This document shows, in pieces, positions 42,380-53,510 of a DNA stretch of 53,800 bases (position 1 is the first letter of the stretch; every line of letters begins with the position of its first letter). This stretch comes from Clostridia bacterium. Its GTDB lineage: Bacteria; Bacillota; Clostridia; Christensenellales; CAG-917. The position numbers were made by a program, and so were the translations under genes. Location: assembly GCA_024405515.1 (NCBI GenBank), contig JAKSOR010000004.1:1-53800 (forward strand), read 5' to 3'. The notes below the pieces were generated by a model. It saw nothing but the letters and a program-made list of their open reading frames with translations, was not told the origin of the DNA and did no database searches.

Positions 42380-43915
42380 TCAGATTTCCAAATCTCCTGA
42401 ATCACTGTATGAAACAGATGCTTCGAACTCATCTTCAAACGGATTTTCATCCGAACTGATTTCAACAAGTTCAGAAGACTCATCACTTATAGGTTTAAGC
42501 TCGTGTGTCTCACTGTTATATACGACCGGCTCAATCTTAGGAATGTTATCCATTGAATCAGTTCTGACAATTTCCTTGAATGTTGTTGTATCTGCCTGCC
42601 AGTGGAGTTTGATGTCGCCTGTCTTACCATGTCTGTTTTTCTTTACATATAAAATGACCTCATCCTTAGGAAGTGTGCTGTCCCACTTGCTCGGATTATC
42701 AAGGAACATAACAATATCGGCATCCTGTTCAATGGATCCTGATTCCCTGAGGTCTGCCAGGCTAGGTTCGGTATGTCCCTGCTGTGCTCTTGATTCAAAG
42801 TTACGTGACATCTGAGAAAGAAGAATGATAGGTACACCGAGGTCTCTGGCATAGATTTTCATTTTTCTTGACATATCACCGACGTCGTTTGCTCTTGAAT
42901 CATTGGTTTTTCTGTTTTCGGAGTTCATAAGCTGCAGATAGTCTACAATTATCAAATCAAGTCCGTGTTCCTTTTTCAGTCTTCTGCACTTTGAAAGAAT
43001 TGCAGATGGTGTATTCATTGAATCATCATCAACATAAATCGGTGAATCTGTAAGGTATGTATAGGCATCAACTATTTTAGCTGAATCCTGACCCTGAAGA
43101 CCGCCCCTTGAATTCATCTTTTCATAAGGAACCTGTGAGAAATATGCAAAGAGTCGTTTGGCAATTGTATCAGCACCCATTTCAAGAGAGAAGAATGCAA
43201 CATGCTTTTTGTACTTTTTGGCAACATTTCCGGCGATATTGAGAGCATAAGCGGATTTACCGACAGCAGGTCTGGCAGCAAGGATAACAATTTCACCCGG
43301 TTTGAATCCGTGGGTAAACTCATCGAGCTGTTTATAACCTGTATAGCAAGAATTGTTGTCAATTTCTCCAATCTGGATTTTATCAATCTGGGAAGAAACA
43401 AGAGTTGCGGCATAACCGATCTGACGGAGATCCGATTTAGTCTCTTTCTGGGAAACATCATAAATAAGTTTCTGAGCGTACTCGAGACATTCCTTACCTT
43501 CCTCTACCTCATATGCCTTATTGGTGACTTCGTTTCCGACTTCAATAACTTTTCTTCTTAAAGATTCCCTCTTAAGGATTTCGACATAATTTTCAATATT
43601 TGCAGCAGAAGGAACGATATCTACAAGAGACGTAATATAATCAAAACCACCGGCTTCTTCGGTCTTGGAAGAAAAGTCGAGTTCATCACTGACACTTATC
43701 TGATCGATTGGTTTGTTCTTCGCATTGAGTCTGCACATAGCATCATAGATAATGCGGTGCTGTTCTGAATAAAAGTCCTCAGTGTTAAGAACCGGGAATA
43801 CCTTATCATCAACAGAATTATCAAGAAGCACAGAACCAAGCACTGCCTGTTCTGCCTCGATATTATAAGGAACAGTTCTTGTATCAGATATTTTTCTGTT
43901 AGTTTTGTTTGCCAT
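42380..43915 (-). CDS. dnaB: Replicative DNA helicase
   Basis: PYNIEAEQAVLG, ARPAVGKS, FSLEM, DYLQLM, DLRESGSIEQDAD, KNRHG; ATG 43915 with GGAGG RBS. Confidence 0.96.
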   Translation of the reverse strand: MANKTNRKISDTRTVPYNIEAEQAVLGSVLLDNSVDDKVFPVLNTEDFYSEQHRIIYDAMCRLNAKNKPIDQISVSDELDFSSKTEEAGGFDYITSLVDIVPSAANIENYVEILKRESLRRKVIEVGNEVTNKAYEVEEGKECLEYAQKLIYDVSQKETKSDLRQIGYAATLVSSQIDKIQIGEIDNNSCYTGYKQLDEFTHGFKPGEIVILAARPAVGKSAYALNIAGNVAKKYKKHVAFFSLEMGADTIAKRLFAYFSQVPYEKMNSRGGLQGQDSAKIVDAYTYLTDSPIYVDDDSMNTPSAILSKCRRLKKEHGLDLIIVDYLQLMNSENRKTNDSRANDVGDMSRKMKIYARDLGVPIILLSQMSRNFESRAQQGHTEPSLADLRESGSIEQDADIVMFLDNPSKWDSTLPKDEVILYVKKNRHGKTGDIKLHWQADTTTFKEIVRTDSMDNIPKIEPVVYNSETHELKPISDESSELVEISSDENPFEDEFEASVSYSDSGDLEI

Positions 43916-44528
43916 TTTTCCTCCTGATAATAACACACACCATACTTACTATGAGCATTACTGCCACAGCGCATCCGGCAAGTGTGCCATACCATGCTGC
44001 TGAATTCTGCTGTCTCTGGACAAGTGATATTGTCTGATCCGAAGCAGTTTCATCAATCATAAATCTGTGTACATAGTACTTTCCCTGCTTAGAGATTATA
44101 CCTTTACTTATAATTGATTTATAGATTGTAGCATACTGAAACTCAACTTTCAAACACGAATATTCCATTCCGTTATAAATTTTTTCATCTTGTGTTAACA
44201 TATTGTTAACAGCACTAAATATGGAAGTACCATTGACTGTGATTTCGGTTTCCGACTCTTTATAAAACGCCCCATCGCTGAAAACCTCGGAATAAATCCT
44301 GGCAGACACTTCATCAGGAAGTTTCTTCTCTTCCTGCCCTGCAAAACCGATGACTACGGTCATAATCTGTTCATCCTCATTAAAAGATTTGTCCACGATA
44401 TAAAGGTCTTTTAAATATTCTCCAGGATTTTCTGTCTCTCTGTTACAGGAAACAAACAGCAAAAAAATGCTTATAATTAAAAGCACCACAAAGATAATAT
44501 TAAGTTTATTTGCAGTGCCGTTTCTCAT
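43899..44528 (-). CDS. Hypothetical lipoprotein with C-terminal TM helix
   Basis: Lipobox FVSC; C-terminal hydrophobic helix followed by RRKNGK. Confidence 0.75.
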   Translation of the reverse strand: MRNGTANKLNIIFVVLLIISIFLLFVSCNRETENPGEYLKDLYIVDKSFNEDEQIMTVVIGFAGQEEKKLPDEVSARIYSEVFSDGAFYKESETEITVNGTSIFSAVNNMLTQDEKIYNGMEYSCLKVEFQYATIYKSIISKGIISKQGKYYVHRFMIDETASDQTISLVQRQQNSAAWYGTLAGCAVAVMLIVSMVCVIIRRKNGKQN

Positions 44529-46309
44529 CAGTATAATTTTTTAAGTTCATCAAGTGTTTCCCTGAACTCTTTCATTGCCGTCTCATACGGCTCATCTTTT
44601 TCAAGATCCACACCGGCAAGTCTTAAAATATCAAGAGGCGGAAGTGAACCACCGGCTGATAAAAACTTCTTATATGAGGCAAAATATTTCTCGCCTTTTT
44701 CAAGTATATTATTAGCTATTGATACGGCTGCAATCATACCGGTTGCATACTTATAGACATAGAACGAATTATAGAAATGCGGTATTCTTGCCCATTCATA
44801 TTTAATCATTTCATTATGTTTTACGGCTTTGCCGTAATATTTTTTATTAAGTTCAAGATATTTATCTGAAAGTATATCAGCTGAAACCGGTTCCCCTTTT
44901 TCAATAAGTGAATGGGAATATTCCTCAAATTCAGAAAACATAGTCTGACGGAAAATCGTTGTTCTGAACATATCAAGATAATATGACAACAGATATTTTC
45001 TTGTTTCACCTTCTGCAGTTTTGAGAAGATGCTTTAAAAGAAGAACTTCATTACATGTTGATGCTATTTCAGCAACAAATATCTCGTAATCGGCCTTCTG
45101 TGACGGCTGTTTTTCAGAGCTGAAATATGTATGCAGTGCGTGACCGAGTTCATGGGCAATTGTAAATATCTCATGAGTCGATTCATTATAATTAAGGAGC
45201 ACAAACGGATGACATACCACTCCGCCCCATGAATAAGCGCCTGTTCTCTTGCCGTTATTTTCAAAAACGTCAACCCAACCCTCGTTAAATGCTTTATCAA
45301 GAATACTTAAGTATTCTTTGCCGTTGACGCTGAGGGCATTCTTAACAAGTTTTACTGCCTCTTCATAACTAAGTTTTATATCTCCGCCGTTAACAATCGG
45401 TACATACAGATCATACATATTAAGAGTCTTGAGATTTAAAACTTTTTTCCTGAAAGCAATATATTCATGCAGAGGTTTTGTATTACTGCCGACTGCTTCT
45501 AAAAGCTTTTTATAGCACGTAGGCGGTACATCCTCAGCATACATTGCATAATCAAGTGAGGAAGAGAAACCCCTGATTTTGGCATAGAACCAGTCCTTCT
45601 TTACGTTTCCTACATAATTCTGAGAAAGCGTGTTTATCATATCCTTGTAGGATGTGAACATTGATTCCCATGCATCTTTTCTGACTTTCTGAGACGGGTT
45701 TGACATAAGAACGCCGTAGAGTCCCTGTGTCATTTCTACCTTATGTCCTTCCTCATCTTTTACAGGGCGAAATTTAATATCCGCATCATCAAACATATGG
45801 AAAACATCCTGAGAATTACCGGAGAACATACCTACTTCGGACAGAAGTTTTTCCTCTTTATCAGAAAGAATGATTTCTTTGTCTCTTATAAGGGTTCGGA
45901 AATACACAGAATAATCTTCAAATTTAACAGATGCCTCAAGGCTTTTCAGTTTATCCAGGCTGAGCCTTGAAAGCTGTGGAGTAATGTATGAAACAAAGGA
46001 AGAAAACTTTACCATGAGCATCTCTGTTTTGCTTACCATTCCCTGGTACACAGATTTTCTCACGTCCTCATCTAATTTCATTTTTGCATAGTAATAAAGC
46101 TTGGCTATGTTATTTGAGGTGTTATTTTCCTTCTCTAAACACTCGTAGATAATATCATCTTCAGTGAGTCTGCCATCATATTTTGAAAGAGACGGAATAA
46201 ATTCATCCACCTTAAAATATAAGTCTTCCCATGCCTCATCGGATGGGAAGATATCTTCTAAATGCCACTTGTATTTCTGGTCTATTTCAGATCTTTCTAT
46301 CTTAGCCAA
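44528..46309 (-). CDS. pepF: Oligoendopeptidase F (M3B)
   Basis: KWHLEDIF, GKRTGAYS, HELGH, AEIAS, WARIPHFY; TTG start with GGAG RBS. Confidence 0.95.
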   Translation of the reverse strand: MAKIERSEIDQKYKWHLEDIFPSDEAWEDLYFKVDEFIPSLSKYDGRLTEDDIIYECLEKENNTSNNIAKLYYYAKMKLDEDVRKSVYQGMVSKTEMLMVKFSSFVSYITPQLSRLSLDKLKSLEASVKFEDYSVYFRTLIRDKEIILSDKEEKLLSEVGMFSGNSQDVFHMFDDADIKFRPVKDEEGHKVEMTQGLYGVLMSNPSQKVRKDAWESMFTSYKDMINTLSQNYVGNVKKDWFYAKIRGFSSSLDYAMYAEDVPPTCYKKLLEAVGSNTKPLHEYIAFRKKVLNLKTLNMYDLYVPIVNGGDIKLSYEEAVKLVKNALSVNGKEYLSILDKAFNEGWVDVFENNGKRTGAYSWGGVVCHPFVLLNYNESTHEIFTIAHELGHALHTYFSSEKQPSQKADYEIFVAEIASTCNEVLLLKHLLKTAEGETRKYLLSYYLDMFRTTIFRQTMFSEFEEYSHSLIEKGEPVSADILSDKYLELNKKYYGKAVKHNEMIKYEWARIPHFYNSFYVYKYATGMIAAVSIANNILEKGEKYFASYKKFLSAGGSLPPLDILRLAGVDLEKDEPYETAMKEFRETLDELKKLY

Positions 46310-46317
46310 TTTTACTC

Positions 46318-47805
46318 CTAATCAAAGAACAATGTGTTTCCGAGATAAACAGGATCACATGTAAGTCTTATACCAAGTTTTCTGAACGGATTTTCATCTG
46401 CCTTATAAAGAAGATGCGTTGAATGTGCTTCACAGCCATTAAGTCTTTCCAGCTGTTCAATTGCTGTTGCTGCCTTTGCATCAGATGCCGCACAGATTGA
46501 AAGTGCAAGGAGTGCCTCATCCAATGACAGTGTATGAGTGTGTTCTTTTAATATTTTTGTCTTTAAATCAAGGATAGGTCCGATAACATACGGTGAGATA
46601 AGTTTCTGAACATCGTTCATTCCGGCCATAACCTTAACAGCATTGAATATACATGCCGCAGAAGCAGACATCATTTCAGAACTCTTTCCCGTAACAATCC
46701 TTCCGTCCGGGAGTTCAATTGCCACACTGGCCTTTCCGCCTTCTTTTTCTGATCTGTCATGCGCAGCCTTAATAACTGGTCTGTCTGCTGCTGTTATCTG
46801 AAGTTTGGACATTAAAAATTCAAGGCTTGATACTGTATCCTGGTTTCCTGCACCGAGTTTAAGGTCACAGAGTGCTTTATAATATCTTCTTAAAATTTCC
46901 TGTTTTGCGGCTTCCCTGCATGCATCATCATCAGAGATACAGAAACCTGCCATATTCACTCCCATATCAGTAGGAGATTTATATACGCATTCTTTTCCTG
47001 TAATCTTGGACATAATGGCAGAAACTACCGGGAATACTTCAATATCCCTGTTATAGTTTACTGTCACTTCGCCGTATGCCTCAAGATGGAAGTTATCGAC
47101 TTTGTTTACATCCTTAAGGTCTGCTGTTGCTGCTTCATATGCAACGTTTACAGGATGATTGAGTGGAAGGTTCCAAATCGGGAATGTTTCAAATTTTGCA
47201 TAACCTGCAGATATTCCTCTCTTGTTTTCATGGTAAAGCTGAGATAAACATGTCGCAAGTTTTCCTGAACCAGGGCCAGGAGCTGTAAGAACAACAAGCT
47301 TCCTTGATGTCTCAATATAAGGATTGGCGCCGTATCCCTCATCAGAAACAATCACATCTATTTCATGAGGATATCCTTTTGTAGGTCTGTGGATATAAAC
47401 CTTAAGTCCTTTATTTTCAAGTCTCTGTTTATATTTGACTGCTCCCTGCTGATCCTCGAACATTGTAATAACAATTGATGAAACATAAATTCCCATCTCA
47501 GAGATATTGTCTATCATTCTTTCGACTTCGGAACCGTATGAGATACCATAGTCTGCCCTGATTCTGTTTCTTTCAATATCATTTGCATTTATGCATATGA
47601 TTACTTCCGCCTGGTCTTTTAATTTCTGGAGAAGTTTGATTTTGGCTGCTTTATCAAAACCAGGAAGAACTCTGGCTGCGTGGAGGTCATCAAAAAGTTT
47701 TCCCCCGAACTCAAGATAAAGTTTGTCAAAATGGGAAATACGCTCGAGAATATGCTCGGACTGTTTCTGCATATAAAGTTCACTGTCAAATCCTACTTTA
47801 AACAT
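46318..47805 (-). CDS. DUF1846 (UPF0371) protein
   Basis: KLYLEFGGKLFDDLHAARVLPGF, APGPGSGKLATCLSQ, YKSPTDMGVNM. Confidence 0.92.
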   Translation of the reverse strand: MFKVGFDSELYMQKQSEHILERISHFDKLYLEFGGKLFDDLHAARVLPGFDKAAKIKLLQKLKDQAEVIICINANDIERNRIRADYGISYGSEVERMIDNISEMGIYVSSIVITMFEDQQGAVKYKQRLENKGLKVYIHRPTKGYPHEIDVIVSDEGYGANPYIETSRKLVVLTAPGPGSGKLATCLSQLYHENKRGISAGYAKFETFPIWNLPLNHPVNVAYEAATADLKDVNKVDNFHLEAYGEVTVNYNRDIEVFPVVSAIMSKITGKECVYKSPTDMGVNMAGFCISDDDACREAAKQEILRRYYKALCDLKLGAGNQDTVSSLEFLMSKLQITAADRPVIKAAHDRSEKEGGKASVAIELPDGRIVTGKSSEMMSASAACIFNAVKVMAGMNDVQKLISPYVIGPILDLKTKILKEHTHTLSLDEALLALSICAASDAKAATAIEQLERLNGCEAHSTHLLYKADENPFRKLGIRLTCDPVYLGNTLFFD

Positions 47806-47819
47806 ATATGTTACCTCAG

Positions 47820-50261
47820 TTAATTTTCCTTGTTTACCGGGACTATGATTTCAATCTTGCCTTTTGCAAGAGGTTTGCCCTTTGTTGTTCTTGTTTCTAT
47901 TCTGATATCTTCCGTGTTTATTAATGCTGTCTTTCCGTTTGATACATATGCAAGATCATATGGGTCTGTAACTGTACCTACGTACTGGACCTTAGCTTTT
48001 TCAAGTTCAATAATCTTTACGCCCTTAAGATATCTGGAAGTCATCTCAATTGTTGATGTGATTACTTTCTTAATAGATCCTTCCGTGGACATGACAATAA
48101 GTTCGCCCTCTTCCTGAACCTGACCGGCAAATGCAACAGCATCCCCGTCATTAAGTTTTATGCCCTTTACGCCGGCTGCTCTCCTTCCCTGGAGAGGTAT
48201 CTCAAGAGTTGAATATGCAAGCACCTGACCGTCTTTGGTAATCTCAACAGTATAAAGTTCATCAGACACAGGTTCGGCATTAATTAGTCTGTCATTCTTA
48301 TCAAGGACAATAGCCTGAAGATATGACTTGCCGACTGATGTGAACTCATTAATATCAACTCTCTTTGCATTACCCTGTTCTGTATAAAGTACGAATTCAC
48401 CTACCGGAGTTCCGTCAAAGAATACGAGTTTGACAACATATTCACCAGTCACCACATCCGGGCATACAGCACCGGCTTTAAACGGCTTCTCCTTGAATTT
48501 CTTTTCAGGAAGATTGGTTATATCAAGCTTGATAAGGTTACCGAAATTAGTGAATGCAAACAGGCTTCCTTTATTATTACAGAGCAGTGCCTGAACCGGT
48601 AAAGAATCAGAATCAAGAGTTGACATGTCTTTTTGAGCAACTGAATATGCCCTTTGTGACATAAACCTTAACTGTCCGTCTTTATTAAGAGTTACAACGC
48701 CATCCTTGTATGCTGCTTCTTCCTGAGCTGTAGGAATTCTGGATGCATCAAGTGCCTCGCCGTTTTCATCAGTCAGTATCACAGTCTTTCTTGAAGACGG
48801 CATTGCCTTCTTAATCTCCTGCATTTCTTCTTTAACGACATTAAGCTGTTTCTTCTTAGAGTCAACGATTGCTTTGAGTTTTGCAATGGTCTTTTCGAGA
48901 TTTGCAAGTTCTTCCTCAAGTTTGCCGACTTCAAGTTTTGCAATTTTCTTTAACTGCATATCAAGGATTGCCTGAGCCTGAGGATCAGTGAGATTAAATG
49001 TTTCTTTTAACTTTTCCTTTGCCTTCTGAGTTGACTCAGATTCCTTAATAATCTTGATAACCGCATCAATGTCTCTGATAGCGATTAAGAGTCCGGATAC
49101 TATTTCAGCTCTGGCCTCAGCGGCCTTAAGATCAAATATCGAGCGGTTAAGAACAACCTGTCTCTGATATTCGATATAATACGTGAGATAATTCTTAAGA
49201 CTTAAAATTTCCGGTTTGCCGTTTGCAATGGCAACCATGTTGTATGAATAACTGATTTCAAGATCAGTCTTTTTCATCAGGTAATCAAGAATCTTCTTGG
49301 CATCGGCATCTTTTTTAAGTTTGATAACGCCTCTTACACCTGTTTTATCGGATTCATCTACGACATCAACGATTCCTGCAAGAGTATCCTTTTCTTTTTC
49401 CTTAAGGTCAGCAATTGCTCTTAAGAGTTTTGCCTTGTTTACATCATAAGGGATTTCAGTGATAACGATGTTCTTTTTACCGTTATCTTCCTTTTCAATG
49501 TGCACTTTTGACCTGATTTTGATTTTACCACGGCCTGCATCATAAATTGATTCAAGGCTGTCTACCGGAATCACATATCCGCCTGATGGAAAATCAGGGC
49601 CCTTCATAATCTGAAGAAGTTCTTTTGTGGTAATTGAAGGATTATCTATCTGCGCACAGCATGCATCTATACATTCACCCATGTTATGGGTTGGGATATT
49701 TGTTGCAAGACCGATAGCGATACCGTATGCTCCGTTTACAAGAAGGTTCGGGAAACGTCCTGGAAGAGTATTTGGTTCTTCCATTGTGTCATCGAAGTTT
49801 GCTGTCCACTGAACAGTGTCTTTATCAAGGTCCCTTAAAAGTTCAAGGGTAAGAGCAGACATTCTGGCTTCAGTGTAACGATAGGCAGCCGCTCCGTCTC
49901 CGTCGATTGAACCGAAGTTTCCGTGTCCGTCGATAAGAGGCATTCTCATAGAGAATGGCTGTGCCATTATAACGAGTGCACCGTATACTGAACTGTCTCC
50001 GTGAGGATGATACTTACCAAGGCAGTCGCCTACGATTTTTGCACATTTTTTATGTGGTTTGTCAGGAGTGAGTCCCATCTCATGCATTGAATAAAGAACC
50101 CTTCTCTGAACAGGTTTGAGACCGTCTTCGACTCTTGGGATTGCACGGTCCAAAATTACATCCTCTGCATAAGGAATCATTGCATTATGCATGACCTCTT
50201 CAAGGACTGTATCAAGAACAACCGAATTATATTCAATATGTGCTTCCTGTTTCTTTGCCAT
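47820..50261 (-). CDS. parC: DNA topoisomerase IV subunit A (type IIA; no canonical GyrA-box)
   Basis: [23 protein letters not shown]; beta-pinwheel C-terminal domain lacks QRRGGKG at its start. Confidence 0.85.
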   Translation of the reverse strand: MAKKQEAHIEYNSVVLDTVLEEVMHNAMIPYAEDVILDRAIPRVEDGLKPVQRRVLYSMHEMGLTPDKPHKKCAKIVGDCLGKYHPHGDSSVYGALVIMAQPFSMRMPLIDGHGNFGSIDGDGAAAYRYTEARMSALTLELLRDLDKDTVQWTANFDDTMEEPNTLPGRFPNLLVNGAYGIAIGLATNIPTHNMGECIDACCAQIDNPSITTKELLQIMKGPDFPSGGYVIPVDSLESIYDAGRGKIKIRSKVHIEKEDNGKKNIVITEIPYDVNKAKLLRAIADLKEKEKDTLAGIVDVVDESDKTGVRGVIKLKKDADAKKILDYLMKKTDLEISYSYNMVAIANGKPEILSLKNYLTYYIEYQRQVVLNRSIFDLKAAEARAEIVSGLLIAIRDIDAVIKIIKESESTQKAKEKLKETFNLTDPQAQAILDMQLKKIAKLEVGKLEEELANLEKTIAKLKAIVDSKKKQLNVVKEEMQEIKKAMPSSRKTVILTDENGEALDASRIPTAQEEAAYKDGVVTLNKDGQLRFMSQRAYSVAQKDMSTLDSDSLPVQALLCNNKGSLFAFTNFGNLIKLDITNLPEKKFKEKPFKAGAVCPDVVTGEYVVKLVFFDGTPVGEFVLYTEQGNAKRVDINEFTSVGKSYLQAIVLDKNDRLINAEPVSDELYTVEITKDGQVLAYSTLEIPLQGRRAAGVKGIKLNDGDAVAFAGQVQEEGELIVMSTEGSIKKVITSTIEMTSRYLKGVKIIELEKAKVQYVGTVTDPYDLAYVSNGKTALINTEDIRIETRTTKGKPLAKGKIEIIVPVNKEN

Positions 50262-50264
50262 CGG

Positions 50265-52310
50265 TTAGTCCTCCTTTATTTCTTCAGCCGGATGTAATCT
50301 TCCTGCTGTCTTCTGCGTCTTGACAAAATCATCGATTTTATTAAAGTCCGCATACTGGTAAATGTAATCTTTTCTGAGTGACGGATCATCGCCCATCAGA
50401 ATTGTTATTCTCTTATCTGCCATAGCAGCATCTTCAATCGTAACTCTTGTAAGGGTTCTCTTTGCAGGATCCATTGTTGTATCCCAAAGCTGCTGAGGGT
50501 CCATTTCGCCAAGTCCTTTGAATCTCTGAATGAGAGCTCCCTTGCCCATCTTTTTCTGTCCTTCTATGAGGGCTTTGTCATCATAGCAGTAGAGAATCTC
50601 ATCTTTTTTCTGGAGCCTGTAAAGCGGAGGCATACCGATATAGATGTGGCCTGCCGTTACAAGAGGCTTCATATATCTGAAGAAGAATGTTAGAAGAAGT
50701 GCTCTTATGTGCCCGCCGTCAGTATCAGCATCGGCAAGAATGATAATCTTGTCATATTTGAGTGAATCAATATCAAAATCAGGTTCAATTCCTGTTCCGA
50801 GAGCGGAAATAAGTGTAGCAAATTCTTCGTTTTTGAGAATTGCCTCAACAGATGCTTTTTCAACATTAAGAGGTTTACCACGGAGTGGTAATATTGCCTG
50901 GAACATTCTGTCTCTTGCGGATTTTGCACTTCCGCCTGCAGAATCTCCCTCAACTATATAGAGCTCATTAATGGCAGCATTCTTTCCTGAGCATGATGCA
51001 AGTTTTCCTACAAGATTAAGACTGTTAACAGAGTTTTTCTGTCTCGAAAGATCCTTAGCTTTCTTTGTTGCCTCTCTTGTTTTTGCAGCGCCCATAGCTT
51101 TTGCGATAATTGCTTCTGCGACTGACTTATTCCCTCTCTGGAGAAGAAGATCTGCAAGCCTTTCATTTACAATATTCTCAACCTTCGGTCTGACATCCGG
51201 GTTTCCGAGTTTGCCTTTAGTCTGTCCTTCAAACTGGACATTCTGCATTTTTACGGTAATAACAGCGACCATTCCTTCCCTGAAATCCTCACCGAGAAGG
51301 TTTGCCTGTTTTTCCTTAAGGATATTGTTGTCCCTTGCGTAGTTATTGAAGACCCTAGTGATTGCACTCTTGAAACCGACTTCATGCGTTCCGCCTTCGG
51401 TTGTAGGAATGCTGTTGACATATGAGTAAATGCTTTCCGAATATTCTGTTGTATGCTGGATTGCGACCTCAAGTTCAAACGGTGGTTCAATCATCTTGCC
51501 CTTATTATCATACTGGGCATCTATCTTTTCCTCGATATAAAGAGGTTTTTCGTAAAGGACTTTCTTTCCTTCATTAAGATACACGACATAATCTGCGATA
51601 CCGCCTTTATACTGGAACACATCTTTTCTTCCTGTTCCGCCTGCAAGCGGCATACGTGCATCCTCTAAAACGACAATGAGATTTTTATTAAGATATGCGA
51701 CATCTCTCATTCTTTCGGCAATTGTGTCGTACTTATATTCTTCCTTGCCGAAGACTCTTTCATCCGCCTTGAATGTAACTGTTGTGCCTGTTCCCTTTGC
51801 TTTGCCGACTACTTCGAGCGGTGTCTTAACAATACCGGATTTAATAGATCTGGCTGTTGTTCCGAGCTGCGGGGAATAGAACTCTTCCCTGTATAAATTT
51901 CCGTCTCTTTTTACCTCAACCGTGAGCCATTCGGATAAAGCATTGGTAACTGCTGCACCTACTCCGTGAAGTCCGCCTGAGAACTTATATTCATCGTTGT
52001 CGAATTTAGCTCCGGCATGAAGTTTTCCGTATACCATATCGACACCGGTTAAGTGATATTTTTTGTTTTTGTCTACAGGAACACCACGTCCGTTATCCGA
52101 TACTCTCATTACATTGTTCTCAAGCATCTGGATTGTTACGGTGTCTCCGTAACCATTGGAAATCTCATCGACTGCGTTATCGATGATTTCCCAAAGAATG
52201 TGGTGCATTCCTTTTGCTCCAGTTCCTCCGATATACATACCAGGACGGAGTCTGACTGCCTCAAGACCTTCTAGAAGTTCAATATTACCAGCTGTGTATT
52301 CTTGTGCCAT
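50265..52310 (-). CDS. parE: DNA topoisomerase IV subunit B
   Basis: LEAVRLRPGMYIG, EIIDNAVDE, SGGLHGVG, EGDSAGG, PLRGK, DADTDG, KGLGEM; paired with the ParC-type A subunit. Confidence 0.85.
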   Translation of the reverse strand: MAQEYTAGNIELLEGLEAVRLRPGMYIGGTGAKGMHHILWEIIDNAVDEISNGYGDTVTIQMLENNVMRVSDNGRGVPVDKNKKYHLTGVDMVYGKLHAGAKFDNDEYKFSGGLHGVGAAVTNALSEWLTVEVKRDGNLYREEFYSPQLGTTARSIKSGIVKTPLEVVGKAKGTGTTVTFKADERVFGKEEYKYDTIAERMRDVAYLNKNLIVVLEDARMPLAGGTGRKDVFQYKGGIADYVVYLNEGKKVLYEKPLYIEEKIDAQYDNKGKMIEPPFELEVAIQHTTEYSESIYSYVNSIPTTEGGTHEVGFKSAITRVFNNYARDNNILKEKQANLLGEDFREGMVAVITVKMQNVQFEGQTKGKLGNPDVRPKVENIVNERLADLLLQRGNKSVAEAIIAKAMGAAKTREATKKAKDLSRQKNSVNSLNLVGKLASCSGKNAAINELYIVEGDSAGGSAKSARDRMFQAILPLRGKPLNVEKASVEAILKNEEFATLISALGTGIEPDFDIDSLKYDKIIILADADTDGGHIRALLLTFFFRYMKPLVTAGHIYIGMPPLYRLQKKDEILYCYDDKALIEGQKKMGKGALIQRFKGLGEMDPQQLWDTTMDPAKRTLTRVTIEDAAMADKRITILMGDDPSLRKDYIYQYADFNKIDDFVKTQKTAGRLHPAEEIKED

Positions 52311-52402
52311 CTTTACTTCCTTAATAAAAATAATATAACTATGTTATCACAACATATAGTAAGTTTCAAGTATAAAATGGTACCATATTTAGCGTTTGAG
52401 CC

Positions 52403-52435
52403 AAAAGAAAACGGGTTACTAAACCACCCGTTTTC
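52403..52435. terminator. Terminator-like hairpin upstream of parE
   Basis: GAAAACGGGT-9 nt-ACCCGTTTTC. Confidence 0.6.
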
Positions 52436-52534
52436 AGATTAATCCGTTTAGATTTACAGAAAAATTATCCGTATAAATTTATTTATTAAATTTGTTGTTT
52501 CAACTGCTTTAACTGGAGATTTGACGCCGGAAGG

Positions 52535-52562
52535 AAAACAAAAGGCAGTCCTGAGACTGCCT
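52535..52562 (-). terminator. Terminator after alpha/beta hydrolase
   Basis: AGGCAGTC-4 nt-GACTGCCT then TTTGTTTT. Confidence 0.8.
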
Positions 52563-52583
52563 CGGATATAAAGCATAAACTAC

Positions 52584-53510
52584 TTACTTAAGCATATCAT
52601 TAATTCTTGCAAGTATATCTGCGTATACTTCCTGATTATTGATTTCGTTAATGATTTCATGTCTTGCACCTTCATAAAGTTTGAATGTAAGATCTTTTAC
52701 TCCGAGTGCCTTATACTGGTCATTAAGTTTCGAGATAAGTTTGCCGTTTCCGCCAACAGGATCTTCTGCACCGGAGAAGATGGCAATAGGTTTATTTAAG
52801 TCAATCTTCTTTAAGTTTTCATCAAGATAACTTTCCTTAAGTCCGTTGAGGAAATATTTGAAGAATGCAATTGACATAACATATCCGCACTGTTCATCAA
52901 GGATGTATTTCTTAACCTGTTCAGGGTCTCTTGAGAGCCATCCGAAATCACCTTTGTCTTTCTCTTTTTTATAAGGTTTATTGTAAGAACCAAAGCTCAT
53001 TGTGTTTAAAAGATTTGCAACTTTGTCTCCGCCAAGAAGCTTGTACTGAAGATTTGCGATTGCAGCTCCTGTGTTTAAAAGACCGCCTTTCATACATGCT
53101 GAACCTGAGAGGATTGCACCTGCTCTTTCCTGGTCTTCCTGAATATATCTCTGACCTACCATTGAGCCATAGCTGTGTCCTAAATAAATAACCGGTTTTC
53201 CGTATTTGTCTTTCAGATATTTTGTAATTGCAACTTCATCCTGTACTGTATCGAAATATATATTGCCCTTATGATATCCGTATTTCATAACTTTGGACTG
53301 TTTTGAGCAAGTCATACCGTGTGCACGATGGTCGTCTGCAAAAACAATATATCCGTTTGCATTTAAAAACTGAGCAAAATTATCATAACGGCGGGCATGT
53401 TCTGCCATACCATGTGAAATCTGAACAACGCCTTTTGCATTTTTAACATTGTCCCATAAATAACACTGAAGAACTGTTCCATCAAAACTTTTAAATTTTT
53501 CTGTTTTCAT
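52584..53510 (-). CDS. Alpha/beta hydrolase (lysophospholipase / monoacylglycerol lipase family)
   Basis: HGMAEH, DHRAHG, nucleophile elbow GHSYG, GAEDPV, ARHEIINE. Confidence 0.92.
   Translation of the reverse strand: MKTEKFKSFDGTVLQCYLWDNVKNAKGVVQISHGMAEHARRYDNFAQFLNANGYIVFADDHRAHGMTCSKQSKVMKYGYHKGNIYFDTVQDEVAITKYLKDKYGKPVIYLGHSYGSMVGQRYIQEDQERAGAILSGSACMKGGLLNTGAAIANLQYKLLGGDKVANLLNTMSFGSYNKPYKKEKDKGDFGWLSRDPEQVKKYILDEQCGYVMSIAFFKYFLNGLKESYLDENLKKIDLNKPIAIFSGAEDPVGGNGKLISKLNDQYKALGVKDLTFKLYEGARHEIINEINNQEVYADILARINDMLK

Noticed and set aside
47820-52310. gyrA/gyrB assignment
   Set aside because: No canonical GyrA-box and no dnaA-dnaN-recF context, so topoisomerase IV is preferred; a phylogeny would settle it.
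52330-52365. Imperfect inverted repeat upstream of parE as a dif site
   Set aside because: Does not fit the 11-6-11 XerC/D layout with a TTATGTTAAA-like arm; more likely promoter-region sequence.
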